This document shows, piece after piece, positions 12,745-23,851 of a DNA stretch of 64,000 bases. Where the stretch lies: positions 1 to 64,000 of the forward strand of contig OW569373.1 of NCBI GenBank assembly GCA_937625935.1. The letters run 5' to 3'. Every line of letters begins with the position of its first letter. The first letter of the stretch is position 1. The DNA comes from Tetramitus jugosus. Lineage: Eukaryota > Protista > Heterolobosea. The translations under genes were made by a program, and so were the position numbers. The notes under the pieces were generated by a model. The model did not search any database. It saw only the letters and a program-made list of their open reading frames with translations, and was not told the DNA's origin.

Positions 12745-13617
12745 ATGAATTATTACCAAGTACTCTTGTTCTTGATTATTACCACTGCATTTTGCCTAAC
12801 TACAGTTTCATGTGCGTCATCATGTGTCTCAACTTCTGCAGCTACAGCAGGGCCGTACTACGTAAGCGGGATGATCTTCCGTAAGAATATTACTGAAGGT
12901 AAACCTGGACTGCCTCTCGTACTAGAGTTAACAATAGTGGATAAAACAACTTGTGAGGCTGCATCTGGAGCTACCGTTGAGATTTGGCACTGTGATGCCC
13001 TTGGAATATACAGTCACTACGAGGATGCAAGTAACAATGTGAATAATCCAACTACAGATGATACGACATATCTTCGAGGTAAGCAATATGTCAATTCAAG
13101 CGGAATAGCAACTTTTGAAACCATTTACTCTGGGTGGTATGTGAGCCGTGACACTCACATCCATATGAAGATTTTCAATGGGGAAAAGGAAGTTCTCACT
13201 AGTCAACTCTTCTTCGCTGATACACTCTCTGATCAAGTTGGACTCATATCTCCATACAGCTCCCATAATGTGGAAAGAACAAGATTGGATGAAGATACAG
13301 TGTACTCCTCTGATGATATAATGTTGATTGTCTCTTACTTGAAAAGTTCTTTGGAAGAAGGATTAATTGCACAAGGTACAGTTGTCGTGAATTATGGATC
13401 ATCCTATAACTCGAGTACCAACGGGACGACCGAGAGCGGTGCTGATTCATCCAACTCGTCGACTGTGAATGGAGATTCTACGTCAGCTGACAACATTAAC
13501 CAAAGTACAACAACCTCAGCTGTCGTCAATAATGAGACAAGTGGAGCACAAACACTCAGATGGTCTAAAATTGGTCTTTTCTCAACTGTTATTATTGGCG
13601 CAACTCTTTTGTTGTGA
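12745..13617 (+). CDS. Secreted, probably GPI-anchored intradiol ring-cleavage dioxygenase-like protein
   Basis: Signal peptide; GPYY, VEIWHCDALGIYS, LRGKQ, GWYxxRxxHIH; S/T-rich linker; hydrophobic C-terminus. Confidence 0.85.
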   Translation: MNYYQVLLFLIITTAFCLTTVSCASSCVSTSAATAGPYYVSGMIFRKNITEGKPGLPLVLELTIVDKTTCEAASGATVEIWHCDALGIYSHYEDASNNVNNPTTDDTTYLRGKQYVNSSGIATFETIYSGWYVSRDTHIHMKIFNGEKEVLTSQLFFADTLSDQVGLISPYSSHNVERTRLDEDTVYSSDDIMLIVSYLKSSLEEGLIAQGTVVVNYGSSYNSSTNGTTESGADSSNSSTVNGDSTSADNINQSTTTSAVVNNETSGAQTLRWSKIGLFSTVIIGATLLL

Positions 13618-13716
13618 GTGAAGTGATTTCAAATACCATTATCATGTAAATATCAATGTTTAACGTTTAAGAGCACTTTATCAACTATTGTACTTCTTCA
13701 TTCTAGTTCCACAACT

Positions 13717-16017
13717 TTAGTTGCTAAACTCTGTCCTCAAGAGTCTAGCTGCTTCGACCATGGCAACCAATGCTTCTTTAGCTTCGACAGGACCTCTGGT
13801 TTTCAATCCACAATCAGGATTCACCCATATTTGCTCCTTTGGCAAGAAGGAAGTCGCTCTCTTGATCAATTGAACCATCCAATCAACAGTTGGAACATTT
13901 GGAGAATGGATATCATAGACGCCAGGTGAGAACTTTTCAAACACTTTGAGCAATTCCATGTTGGATCTTGATGTTTCAATGGTGATCACATCAGCATCCA
14001 TTGCCGCAATTGATTCAATAATGTCATTGAACTCAGAATAGCACATATGAGTGTGAATTTGAGTCTCTTCCTGAACTCCGGATGTTGTCACCTTGAAACA
14101 ATCAACTGCCCATTGTAAGTAGTGTTCCCAATCTGATTTTCGCAATGGGAGTCCTTCTCTTATCGCTGGTTCATCGATTTGAATAATACTAATTCCAGCC
14201 TTCTCCAGATCCAAAACCTCCTCTCTCAAAACAATTGCGAGTTGTTTGCAAGTGAATTCTCTTGGTTGATCATCTCTCACAAATGACCATTGGAGCATAG
14301 TAACTGGTCCGGTCAACATTCCCTTAACTGGCAAACTTGTGAGAGATTGAGCGTACGATGACCATTCAACAGTCATAGCAGAAGGACGATAGATGTCACC
14401 GAAGATAATTGGTGGCTTCACGCAACGTGATCCATAGCTTTGAACCCAACCATTCTTAGTGAATGCGAATCCATCGAGCAATTCTCCAAAGTATTCAACC
14501 ATATCATTACGTTCAGGTTCACCATGAACCAAAACATCCAATCCAATTTCTTCTTGTAAGCTGATTACTTGTGCAACTTCTTTGCGCAAACAAGCTTCAT
14601 AATCCTTGGTGTTAAGGGAACCATTCTTCCACCGACGACGAAGAGATCGGATATCAGCCGTTTGTGGGAATGAACCAATGGTTGTTGTGGGGAAGAGAGG
14701 AAGATTGTACTTCTTCTGCTGAGCAGAGCGTCTTTGACTGAACTCAACACGATTCAATGAAATCGACTTGATGCTGTCCACCTTTTGTCTCACAACTGGA
14801 TTGTGTGTTCTGCTCGAAGAGCAACGAGAGTTTAACGCATTTCGTTGTGTTAACAACTTTGAAGATACCTCCTCTGAAACATTCAAACCTCCATCCAAGT
14901 ATGAACCCAACAGAGATAATTCCTCTATTTTCTGAATGGCAAAACTCAACCAAGACTTAACTTCTTCGTCCAATTCATTCTCAAAAGAGAGATCGACTGG
15001 TACATGAAGCAAAGAACAAGATGGAGCTATCCACAGACGATCTCCAAGCTTTTCAGCAGCTACGAGCAATGTTGAACGAGCTGAATCCAAATCAGTCCTC
15101 CAAATATTTCTTCCATCGATTATTCCAACAGAGAGAGTCTTATCTGCTCCAATCTTCTCAACAACTTGAGCGAGTTGTTCTCTATCTCTCACTGCATCAA
15201 TATGCAATGCATTAACCTTCAATGATAATGCGAGATCAATATTATCTCTCAGTCCTCCAAAGTAGGTGGCGACAAGTAGTTTAATACCTGACAACTCAGA
15301 GAAACTGTTGTACACTCTCGAGAATGCATCCCTTCATTCCAAAGGAAGATCAAGAATCAAAATTGGCTCATCAATTTGAACCCATTCCACTCCTTGCCCA
15401 GATAAACGCTTCAACACCTCAGAGTAAATTGGTAACAGGTTATCCAACAGGGATAGTTTAGTTGCATCGGAATTACCTTCAAATTCATCACCCTTGGCAA
15501 ACCAAAGCCAAGTAAGAGGTCCTGGTATGACAACCTTGACGTTGTGTCCATCTGCTTGAGCTTCTGAAACATGCTTGAACAGATCATCGCGCGCAAGTCT
15601 ATACTTCTGACCAGACCAGATCTCTGGAGTGATGAAATGATAGTTGGTATCAAACCACTTGGTCATCTCACAAGCAGCTGCTGGTGCACCTGTTGGAGCT
15701 CTTCCACGACCCATTCTGAACAGTGTGTCGATAGAAACTGGTTCTTTTTCATCTTGTCCGAAACGCTTTGGAATAGCACCAATTGTTGTTGACCACTCCA
15801 AGATCTGATCATACCAAGCAAAATCACCAACAGGGATCTTCTGAATTCCTGAGCTTGCTTGTTGTTGCCAATGACGCTTGCGCAATTCAGCTCCAACTGC
15901 CTCCAGTTCAACAGCAGATAATTTACCTGCCCAGTAGGCTTCTACGGCACTCTTGAGCTCGCGTTTAGCTCCAATACGAGGGAATCCAAGGTTGTGAATT
16001 GTTGTTGTTGTTGTCAT
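13717..16017 (-). pseudogene. metE: Cobalamin-independent methionine synthase, interrupted by an in-frame TGA
   Basis: [65 protein letters not shown]. The two ORFs are in frame across a TGA at 15334-15336. A short deletion precedes PGVYDIHSP. Confidence 0.9.
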
Positions 16018-16914
16018 TGTTGATTGATTTGTGTGGTTGTTGATTTTGTTCTAGTGTTATATAGGTGTACTTTGTGTGGTGTTTGTGTTAATCATAAAGC
16101 ACTTAAATACTTACTACAAAGTGTTGCTGGTTGTCCTGTTGACGTGGCAAAAAGAACCACGTGTGCTCTTAGATGACTCTTCCATCCAATGAAACCGGAA
16201 TGATCCGTGTGTGCGGCCCCGCACTAGACCTTAGGAGATTATTGATTATTGTTCTGATCTGTTAAAAAGGTGACCGCACCGGGTATGAACAAAATATCTT
16301 CTGACATCCGCCACTCCACACAGGTATTCCCTCCCGCCACTTGAACTACAGGATTGACAGAGGTATTCATCCATGTGTGAAATTTTCCACGACTAAAAAG
16401 GAAGTAACCCAAAATCTTCCCGATAATTATCTCGCTCCAGATTTCCTTCCGGTTTCTGAAACTCAAAGAAATAATTCATTCCTCAACTACCTACGAACAG
16501 CGTTCTGGTCATAGAATACTGACAAGCTTATTCAGAACAAAGAGAAGTATACAATCTTCGGAAAACAGAAACAAAATCGACTTCCGGACATAGTTGGATC
16601 CTTGCTCAATACATTTGAATCTCAAACAAAGTCCTTCTAAAATACTTCCTTTCGCAGTTCAACTTGTTCAAAAGGTGGCAGTTCTCTTGCCACAAAACAG
16701 TAACCACCCCTTGCGGGAATTTTTCTGAAAATGAATTTGGAAAATTGCTGTAGTGGTTGCTTATCGATTATTTCATCTCAGCCAGTTAAAAAAGGTCTGT
16801 GAGTGGCATTCGAACTTTTTATTGTGGGTTTTGTGCCGTTTGAATTATTTTTTGGCCAACACACATCTCATCTGTGTGAAAAAATCAACAAGAAAACAAT
16901 TGAAGTCATCCAGA

Positions 16915-18972
16915 ATGGCGACTCTAGCAACAGATTTTTCATTCCGTGAAGTGTTGGCTCACAAGAAACTATTTATTCGAAGCTATCAAAGACCATATGC
17001 CTGGGATGAGAAACAGTGGTCCGATCTGTGGAACGATCTCTTTTACATGCACATTATCGATAGTGAAGAAGGTAAAAAACGGTTTCTGGGCAATATTATT
17101 CTCAAGCCATTGGATGAAGAATTTCGATCGTCATTGATCAACAAGTCCCAAGACAATGAAACAATCAATTTTTATGAAATTGTGGATGGTCAACAGAGAA
17201 TTACAACAGTGTTGGTTCTGTTGAGTGTCATTAGCCATCAGTTGAAGGAGAAAAATGAAGCGGTGAGCACAAAGATTCAATCCATGTTTCAACTGCAGTT
17301 GAGAGGCTCTCAAAAGTACTATCCTCTGATTACGACGACAAGAACTGATATTACAAAGTTGCTTCATTTGCTGTTAACAGTTGGAATTACGGGCAAGAAG
17401 AAGAAGGATACGATTGATGAATCGACGGTTCAATTACCGTTGCTTGATGTGAGTGGATCTAGTGTCGTGTCTGATGATGACAATACAGATGTGTATGATA
17501 TGAGTGATGAGTTTGTGCAGCGTTTGAGAGCTGAATCTGAGAATAAGAGAAGTTTAGCTGCAAAGAACAGGTTATGTGCCGCCTATCGCTACTTTACATC
17601 AAAGATTAATGATATGCAAAATGAGTTGACAGATCATACGAACACGCTGTTGGATTTTGACTCGCTCATTAGAGAGGGATTTCGATTCACGTGCTATATT
17701 CAGAGTGAAAAGGTGAATGTGATTGAAACGTTCATGGGAATCAACGACAGAGGCAAGGTTTTAAACGCGCTCGAGAACACAAAAGCTCTCTTTATTGGTT
17801 TCGCGAGACGATTGGTCAATCATGAACTGAGAGAGAAGATTGAAAAAACTTGGGATTTCGTGTATGATTCGCTCGCTGATGCAAGCTTGTTCGATGATAA
17901 AGAAGAAGTTGACTTCTTGTCTTGTGCTTGGACCGCCATGTACATGGGATCCATCAAAACGCAAAACTTGTTTGCTAGCATCAACACTGCCTTCTCGATG
18001 GAACTGGATCATATAGTGAAGAGCAAGCAATCAAAACCGAGCACTCCTTCCACTCCTAATCCTCCCGCTGATGAGGTAACTGTCATAATAGAGAGCGATA
18101 GCGACACAGAAAGCGAGAGTGAGGCAGAGCGGCCGGCCAAACGAAGAAGAATTACAAAAGAAAGTAGTCCAAGAAATTTAGAGTCCTTTGCTGACTCTAT
18201 ACGAGGCTTTCTCAATTTCATGAAGCAAACAGTGCCTGTTTACAGTTGGCTGAAGGGCGAGGTTTCTCGTACAGCGTTGCTGTTTGGAGAAGAACATCCC
18301 GAAAAGCTCGAATACATGTTGGAGTGTTTGAAGATATCTCCGTTCTTCGATAAATCCATTCCGTTGATACTAGCCGCACATTTCAACTGTGTCATGTACG
18401 CTAATTTCAAGTATAGAACGAAGGAGTACGCCAAATATTTTCTTCAATTTCTGGAGCTATTGAAGCTTCATCTGATGGTATGGAGTATTTCCCTGGAAAC
18501 TGATGTTAGTCACTTGGATAACTATGCTACCATGCTTTTCCATGCAAAGAATGAAGAGAACAAGGATATCTATTTAGATTGGGTCTATCTAGATATTGTT
18601 GATCGTATTGAAGTTAAGAATGATAAGATCACACAGTTTGTTACTCAAAAATTTGATAAGCAAGCACAGAGGAGCAAAACAAGTAAGGCTCTAAAGCTAG
18701 TGGCGATCGAGTACAAAATTCAGGAAATGACTTCCGATAATCACGAGAAACTTAAATTAATTAGAGAATTCGAAGCGAAGAAACTTGGTTACATTAACAA
18801 AGCGAGAGCTGGTCCTCATTATCACAGCATAGGCAATCGATACATCATGGGAGAGGGTGTTCCAAAACAAAGTGTGCCAAAACGTGAAAAGGGTATTATT
18901 GAATTTCTCAAAGATCAGTTGAACTCTGTCATTCACGGTGATGACGATGAAGACGTGGTTGAACAACCTTAA
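16915..18972 (+). CDS. DUF262 (GmrSD/ParB-like) domain protein with an inserted NLS-like segment
   Basis: YQRPYAW, FLGNII, IVDGQQRITT, ETFMGINDRGK are the three DUF262 motifs; RPAKRRR in an acidic/Pro-Ser-rich insert; residual SIGN near the C-terminus. Confidence 0.85.
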   Translation: MATLATDFSFREVLAHKKLFIRSYQRPYAWDEKQWSDLWNDLFYMHIIDSEEGKKRFLGNIILKPLDEEFRSSLINKSQDNETINFYEIVDGQQRITTVLVLLSVISHQLKEKNEAVSTKIQSMFQLQLRGSQKYYPLITTTRTDITKLLHLLLTVGITGKKKKDTIDESTVQLPLLDVSGSSVVSDDDNTDVYDMSDEFVQRLRAESENKRSLAAKNRLCAAYRYFTSKINDMQNELTDHTNTLLDFDSLIREGFRFTCYIQSEKVNVIETFMGINDRGKVLNALENTKALFIGFARRLVNHELREKIEKTWDFVYDSLADASLFDDKEEVDFLSCAWTAMYMGSIKTQNLFASINTAFSMELDHIVKSKQSKPSTPSTPNPPADEVTVIIESDSDTESESEAERPAKRRRITKESSPRNLESFADSIRGFLNFMKQTVPVYSWLKGEVSRTALLFGEEHPEKLEYMLECLKISPFFDKSIPLILAAHFNCVMYANFKYRTKEYAKYFLQFLELLKLHLMVWSISLETDVSHLDNYATMLFHAKNEENKDIYLDWVYLDIVDRIEVKNDKITQFVTQKFDKQAQRSKTSKALKLVAIEYKIQEMTSDNHEKLKLIREFEAKKLGYINKARAGPHYHSIGNRYIMGEGVPKQSVPKREKGIIEFLKDQLNSVIHGDDDEDVVEQP

Positions 18973-19702
18973 CTGTACATAAAAAGCATTTACTCAACAT
19001 GTTTTGTGGTCCTGTGTTGCCGGCTGTTGAACATGATTTTGTTGGGCACTTCCATTGAGCAGAGTCTGGCGCCGATTCATACAACTCATCATTGTTGGTT
19101 GTTTGATTATAGATGGGCACTCGTTCTAAGTTGTTGAACTGAATGAACATGAACTTTTTGATTACATCCAAAAGGTAAATCCAATGCCACATGTTCGCTC
19201 TAAAACAAAATTGATGAATGTGTCTCTATTTGAAACATGATGAGTACTTTTTGTTGTTTCTCCTTTCCATAGACTTCAAATTGGCGGGACTGTCAGAGGA
19301 TGATGATACGCAGACACCATCATGTTCAATATCCATTTTTTCGTTGCTGTAGTTCATGTTGTGTTTTGAAAGGATTCCTTCCTTTTGAAGGTCCAGTTTG
19401 CGTAAGGATCATCAGGTCGAACAACTGGTCTTTCCCACAATATCTCACACTTGAAGTTGTATGTAGATTTTGACATTCCAAAAGGTGGACGTAACCAAAA
19501 CCCGAAATTTTGTGTCGGCTTACCATCACAAAACTAGTCGGGAAACTACTACGGTCTTTCTCCTTTTATGTTCGCCGATCGGATACCTTTTCAGGAATTG
19601 TAAACGTTGGCTTGGTGTGTGATGACGATTGTTGAAAACCTCGAAACCTTACTTCAGAAAAACAGAAAAACAAACACCACTCACTCTATAAACCAACAAG
19701 CT

Positions 19703-20737
19703 ATGCCCAAGATCCAAGAACTCAGTAGGCACCAAGCACCTGATGATGACAACATCAACAGACCAACCAAACCGGTGTTCACTTACATTGGTGAGGTGGA
19801 TGAAGATTTGGAATGTTCTATATGCAAGGATCCGTTACTGGACCCACAACATCACAGGGACTGTGGAAACATGTTTTGTTCTCCTTGTATCTCCTTGTGG
19901 AGTGAGTCCAATGGATCATGCCCAATATGCAGGACACAATGCTCTCACTTTGAACCCGTGGCAATCAAGTACATTACAAATCGATTGAATTCCTTAAATG
20001 TGCTTTGTAATAACTGTGGAGGTCAGATGAACAGAAATTTGTACAAGGACCACGTTGAAACATGTCCTGTGGAGTGTGAAAATGGATGTGGAATACAAGT
20101 GGCTCCTAAAAATAGAGAGGAACACCTCAACTCTCATTGTGTATTGAGAAAGGTGTGTTGTCCAGCGATAGATGTATGTTGTGATTGGACTGGTGCATCT
20201 AAAGATTTGAGTGAGCATACAAGTCATTGCCAATTTTTACTGTTGAAACCTGTTCTATCAAAGGTGATTCAGAGTGAGGAGAAGATAAACGTTTTACTTG
20301 AAGGTATCTCTGAAGATTTCGACGCAAGTCATTTCAACAAAGCTTCTGATACTTTGAGGAGTGACAGGGAGTTTATATTGAGACTGACGAAAGGGTGTCC
20401 GCACATAATTGAACATGCTACCGAACAAGTTAGAGCTGACAAGGAATTCTTGTTGAAGGCTGTGAAACAAAATGGCATTTCGTTGCAATTTGTCTCTGAA
20501 GCGCTGAAAAAGGACAGGGAAATTGTTTTGGAGGCTGTGAAACAAAATGGCTATTCGTTGCGATATGCCTCTGAAGAGTTGAAAAATGACAGGGAAATTG
20601 TTTTGGAGGCTGTGACACAAAATGGCGGTTCTTTGCAATATGCTCCCCAATACTGGAACGACTTACAGATTATCCAAGTAGCAGAGCTCACTACTCCTAA
20701 TCTTCAATCTCAGTCGTGGTTTAAACACAGGCGTTAA
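19703..20737 (+). CDS. RING + TRAF-type zinc finger + DUF4116 repeat protein (putative E3 ligase)
   Basis: CSIC...CGNMFCSPC...CPIC; CENGC...H...C zinc fingers; 25-aa DREIVLEAVKQNG repeats. Confidence 0.85.
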   Translation: MPKIQELSRHQAPDDDNINRPTKPVFTYIGEVDEDLECSICKDPLLDPQHHRDCGNMFCSPCISLWSESNGSCPICRTQCSHFEPVAIKYITNRLNSLNVLCNNCGGQMNRNLYKDHVETCPVECENGCGIQVAPKNREEHLNSHCVLRKVCCPAIDVCCDWTGASKDLSEHTSHCQFLLLKPVLSKVIQSEEKINVLLEGISEDFDASHFNKASDTLRSDREFILRLTKGCPHIIEHATEQVRADKEFLLKAVKQNGISLQFVSEALKKDREIVLEAVKQNGYSLRYASEELKNDREIVLEAVTQNGGSLQYAPQYWNDLQIIQVAELTTPNLQSQSWFKHRR

Positions 20738-20826
20738 ACTACTTTCACCCCAATTCCGTTTCTTTCAATCACCGACAGTTCCTTCTGTAGTTTGACAAGA
20801 AACAAAACAACAGAGATAAACAAAAA

Positions 20827-21951
20827 ATGATTGACCTGTTGGACCGGGACACAATTGGAATTGTGCTCAGCTATCTAAGTGTTCATGAAGCTTTACTCAT
20901 TCTTCCATTTTTAAATCGTTCTCTCTTTCAGACAATCACACGGCGCCACTCTTTGCTTGACAGTCATTTACATGACCATGAGGATACCAACAGTGAAAGG
21001 GAAGAGAGCTTGTCATCAGATGATTGTGCATTTCCTATTCATCATTTCGAACAACAATTGCTCATGAGAATTACACATGAACCATTTCGATCCAATCTTT
21101 TATCGAAAATGAAATCGAGCTTGCTCTCTTACTGGGAAATGGTTGACTTGTATGATGATTTGGTTGCTCCATTCAATTATCAATCTCTCATGGATCAGAT
21201 TGAAGATGCACAGCTTGAGAAGGAAAAGATGACCAGTGTTATTCGTCGTCATATTCCGTTTCATTTCAATTGGATTGTTCAATCAGATGGCAGCTCAACT
21301 CGTTTGACGTGGACTTCGATCAAATCACAAGCAGTAGTGATCCAACTTACGAATATGAAGCCGAATACCAAGTTGACTCGTGGTGTCTATCGTATTCGTG
21401 GAGTGCTGCGCTCCATTGTCCTCGAGAAAGACAATACTTTGCGTTTTGTGGTTTCTTTACTCAATATGAGACGATTTGAACCACAGATGGATCACATTGA
21501 TATGCACATCGATGACCAAACTGATCTCTATGCCATGAATATTTGCAAGGGTTGTTCATTGGATGAAATTCAGAGTACAACTCATCGAGTCATAAAATTC
21601 ACCGCGTACATGTTTTATATTGCTTCGGCGTACAAGGACAGAATAGTGTTGCAAGTACATTCGAAGCTTTCTCCTTCTGAGTGGAGATTGATAGATGTAA
21701 TGCTTGACCCTTTGACGAAAAAAGAGATGGATGAAGAGTTGTGGGGCGACTTGGAGATCATTGGTATCATTCAATATAATGAACGAAATTGCAAGTCAAC
21801 AATCTCTCCTCTCTCGATTATTAGACTGTCTCAACCGGAACAAGGATATATATCCCGATTTATTAACACAGTTGCTTCTTTTATGAAGAATGATTGCGAA
21901 CCATACCAAAAGGTTTTGTATGTGCATCCATCCTTTTTTATAAATAAATAG
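20827..21951 (+). CDS. Hypothetical protein with F-box-like N-terminus
   Basis: 374-aa ORF; LLDRDTIGIVLSYLSVHEALLILPFLNR; paralog at 23271-23799. Confidence 0.65.
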   Translation: MIDLLDRDTIGIVLSYLSVHEALLILPFLNRSLFQTITRRHSLLDSHLHDHEDTNSEREESLSSDDCAFPIHHFEQQLLMRITHEPFRSNLLSKMKSSLLSYWEMVDLYDDLVAPFNYQSLMDQIEDAQLEKEKMTSVIRRHIPFHFNWIVQSDGSSTRLTWTSIKSQAVVIQLTNMKPNTKLTRGVYRIRGVLRSIVLEKDNTLRFVVSLLNMRRFEPQMDHIDMHIDDQTDLYAMNICKGCSLDEIQSTTHRVIKFTAYMFYIASAYKDRIVLQVHSKLSPSEWRLIDVMLDPLTKKEMDEELWGDLEIIGIIQYNERNCKSTISPLSIIRLSQPEQGYISRFINTVASFMKNDCEPYQKVLYVHPSFFINK

Positions 21952-21958
21952 AGGCACA

Positions 21959-23113
21959 TTACACAAAGAACAATTCAGGATTCAATTCCAAATCATATGC
22001 AATTACATCATCTAACAGGGTGTCCAATCTCTCATATGTTGGGGCAAGTGACAATAAAACACTATACAAATCATTCAACTCAGATCTGGTTGCACTATCA
22101 GTAGGCATTCCTTTCAACATTTGTGCTAACGCAAAGCCATCTTCAAAATTTCCATAAAGAGATGCTGTCATTGCTGAATCAAGTAGGGATGAAGAGTTAT
22201 CACCGTTGTTAATACTTTGATACACTTGAACAATAAGAACTCTTGATTTCTTTGCTTCACTCCCTAATGGCTTAAAAACCACAATATGTTCGTCGTTGTT
22301 GCTCAAAAGGACAGAACAATATTTGTGCAGAGACTTGATACCCCACCTCAAACTGTTCTGAATATCCTGAATAGTAATTTCTCTCTCGCTCATCCTCTGT
22401 TTGGCTGTTGCTGATAGCTCAAAATCAATTCTATGTGTTCTCTCTGTAGACATAACGCTGGTAGATACACTCAATTCATCATCTCCACGATTTCTTTTGG
22501 ATTCGTAACTTCCCAGCTCTTTGAGAGACTGTTTAGTCAATCGTACCTTGTTCTTATTATTTGATTGGTGAGGGTTTCGTGGAATATTCATCACACTCTT
22601 CATCACCTTCAAGGATAGAGGATAGAGCTTCTTTGCTTCTTGGAAGAGTTTTTCTGGAACATCAGGGTTACCATCTTTTCTGACAATGTGGTTGAACATC
22701 AAACATGTGTACGCATAGTGACTCATGAGATCAGCGAACTCCGACTTCATCATATCAAAGTAGAGTTGAGACTCTTTGGCACTATTTGCATATCGGATCA
22801 TAGCGGTGAACGAGTTGCGCATCGCTTCAAAGTCTTGCTGTCCCAAGCTTTCCCTCTCTTTCAAAACCTTGAATTCTTGCAACATCTTCTCAAATAAAGT
22901 TCTTGCATTGGCAAATGACTTAAACTTTGCCTCACCGATCACTGCTTCTTTAAACAATTGAATTGACACTGGTTTGTGTTCTGCCAAGAGGAGATTTACT
23001 TTTCTTGCATCCGTGTATTCTGAGATCAATAGCTTAGCTTTGCTTCGAGATTTATCATTTCCAATTTTATCAATCTTGCGATTGATAGTATTGATCAAGG
23101 AAGATGTCTCCAT
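21959..23113 (-). CDS. PPR-like helical repeat protein with a DUF4258-like segment
   Basis: ARTLFEKML, SFTAMIR...QLYFDMMK, AYTCLM...EKLFQEAK helical repeats; ATAKQRMSEREITIQDIQNSLRWG. Confidence 0.55.
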   Translation of the reverse strand: METSSLINTINRKIDKIGNDKSRSKAKLLISEYTDARKVNLLLAEHKPVSIQLFKEAVIGEAKFKSFANARTLFEKMLQEFKVLKERESLGQQDFEAMRNSFTAMIRYANSAKESQLYFDMMKSEFADLMSHYAYTCLMFNHIVRKDGNPDVPEKLFQEAKKLYPLSLKVMKSVMNIPRNPHQSNNKNKVRLTKQSLKELGSYESKRNRGDDELSVSTSVMSTERTHRIDFELSATAKQRMSEREITIQDIQNSLRWGIKSLHKYCSVLLSNNDEHIVVFKPLGSEAKKSRVLIVQVYQSINNGDNSSSLLDSAMTASLYGNFEDGFALAQMLKGMPTDSATRSELNDLYSVLLSLAPTYERLDTLLDDVIAYDLELNPELFFV

Positions 23114-23270
23114 GATTCTTTTTGTGTGTTTTTGAAGAAACCCTTCAAATGAATGTTGAATCGGAGATTACTTTACAAGGAATGTCGTACTTCAAAAACG
23201 AACGAACTCTAATTTCACGAACCACTCCGATTACAGGATTACTGCGACATAACCGAAGAGAGGAACAACT

Positions 23271-23799
23271 ATGATTGACCGATTGATCCAAGACACAATT
23301 GGAATCGTTGTCAGTTACTTGAGTATTCACGAAGCTCTGTTCGTTCTGCCATTTGTAAATCGTGCTCTCTTCCGGACGATAACATGTTGTCACTCTTTGC
23401 TTGACGGTCATGAAGAGAAAAACAACTTGTTGTCTGATTGTACATTTTTGGCTCCTCATTTCGAGCCTTGACGGAATCATTTTACAAATACCTTCCAAGA
23501 CATGTCCTTCTGAGTGGAGATTGATAGAGGTAGAGCTTGATCCAGGGCAAAAACATCGATTAGGTGGCGAATTATGGGGAGACTTGGAAATTGTTGGTGT
23601 AATTCAATTCGTTTCTCTACGTAATTGCAAAGCCACAATCGCCCCTCTATCCATAACAAGATTGTCTCAACCGAAAAAGAGATTATCTCGACTGATTCAC
23701 ACAGCTTTCTCTTTCGGGACTACTTATCGAAAGGTATTATATGTGCATCCATCGTACTCAAAGATCACAGCTGCAATCATAACAATGGAAATTGGATAA
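23271..23799 (+). pseudogene. Internally deleted paralog of the 20827-21951 gene
   Basis: MIDRLIQDTIGIVVSYLS... joined out of frame to PSEWRLIEV...ELWGDLEI...KVLYVHPS. Confidence 0.8.
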
Positions 23800-23851
23800 T
23801 TCCGATATGGGTGATGTCTATAGAACTATTTTAGTATACTTTACAATATTG

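Noticed and set aside
15334-15336. Genome-wide UGA=Trp recoding suggested by the metE TGA
   Set aside because: TGA terminates several apparently intact genes (e.g. 6113, 13617, 25703, 59503) and Trp is encoded by TGG elsewhere
16211-16227. GTGCGG-CC-CCGCAC hairpin followed by TAG as a Helitron 3' end or B12 riboswitch upstream of metE
   Set aside because: The hairpin-to-CTAG spacing is atypical, and neither Rep/helicase sequence nor a B12-box is seen
18929-19529. RanBP2-like zinc finger ORF pieces on the minus strand
   Set aside because: Only a loose W-x-C...C-x2-C pattern; the gene structure cannot be reconstructed
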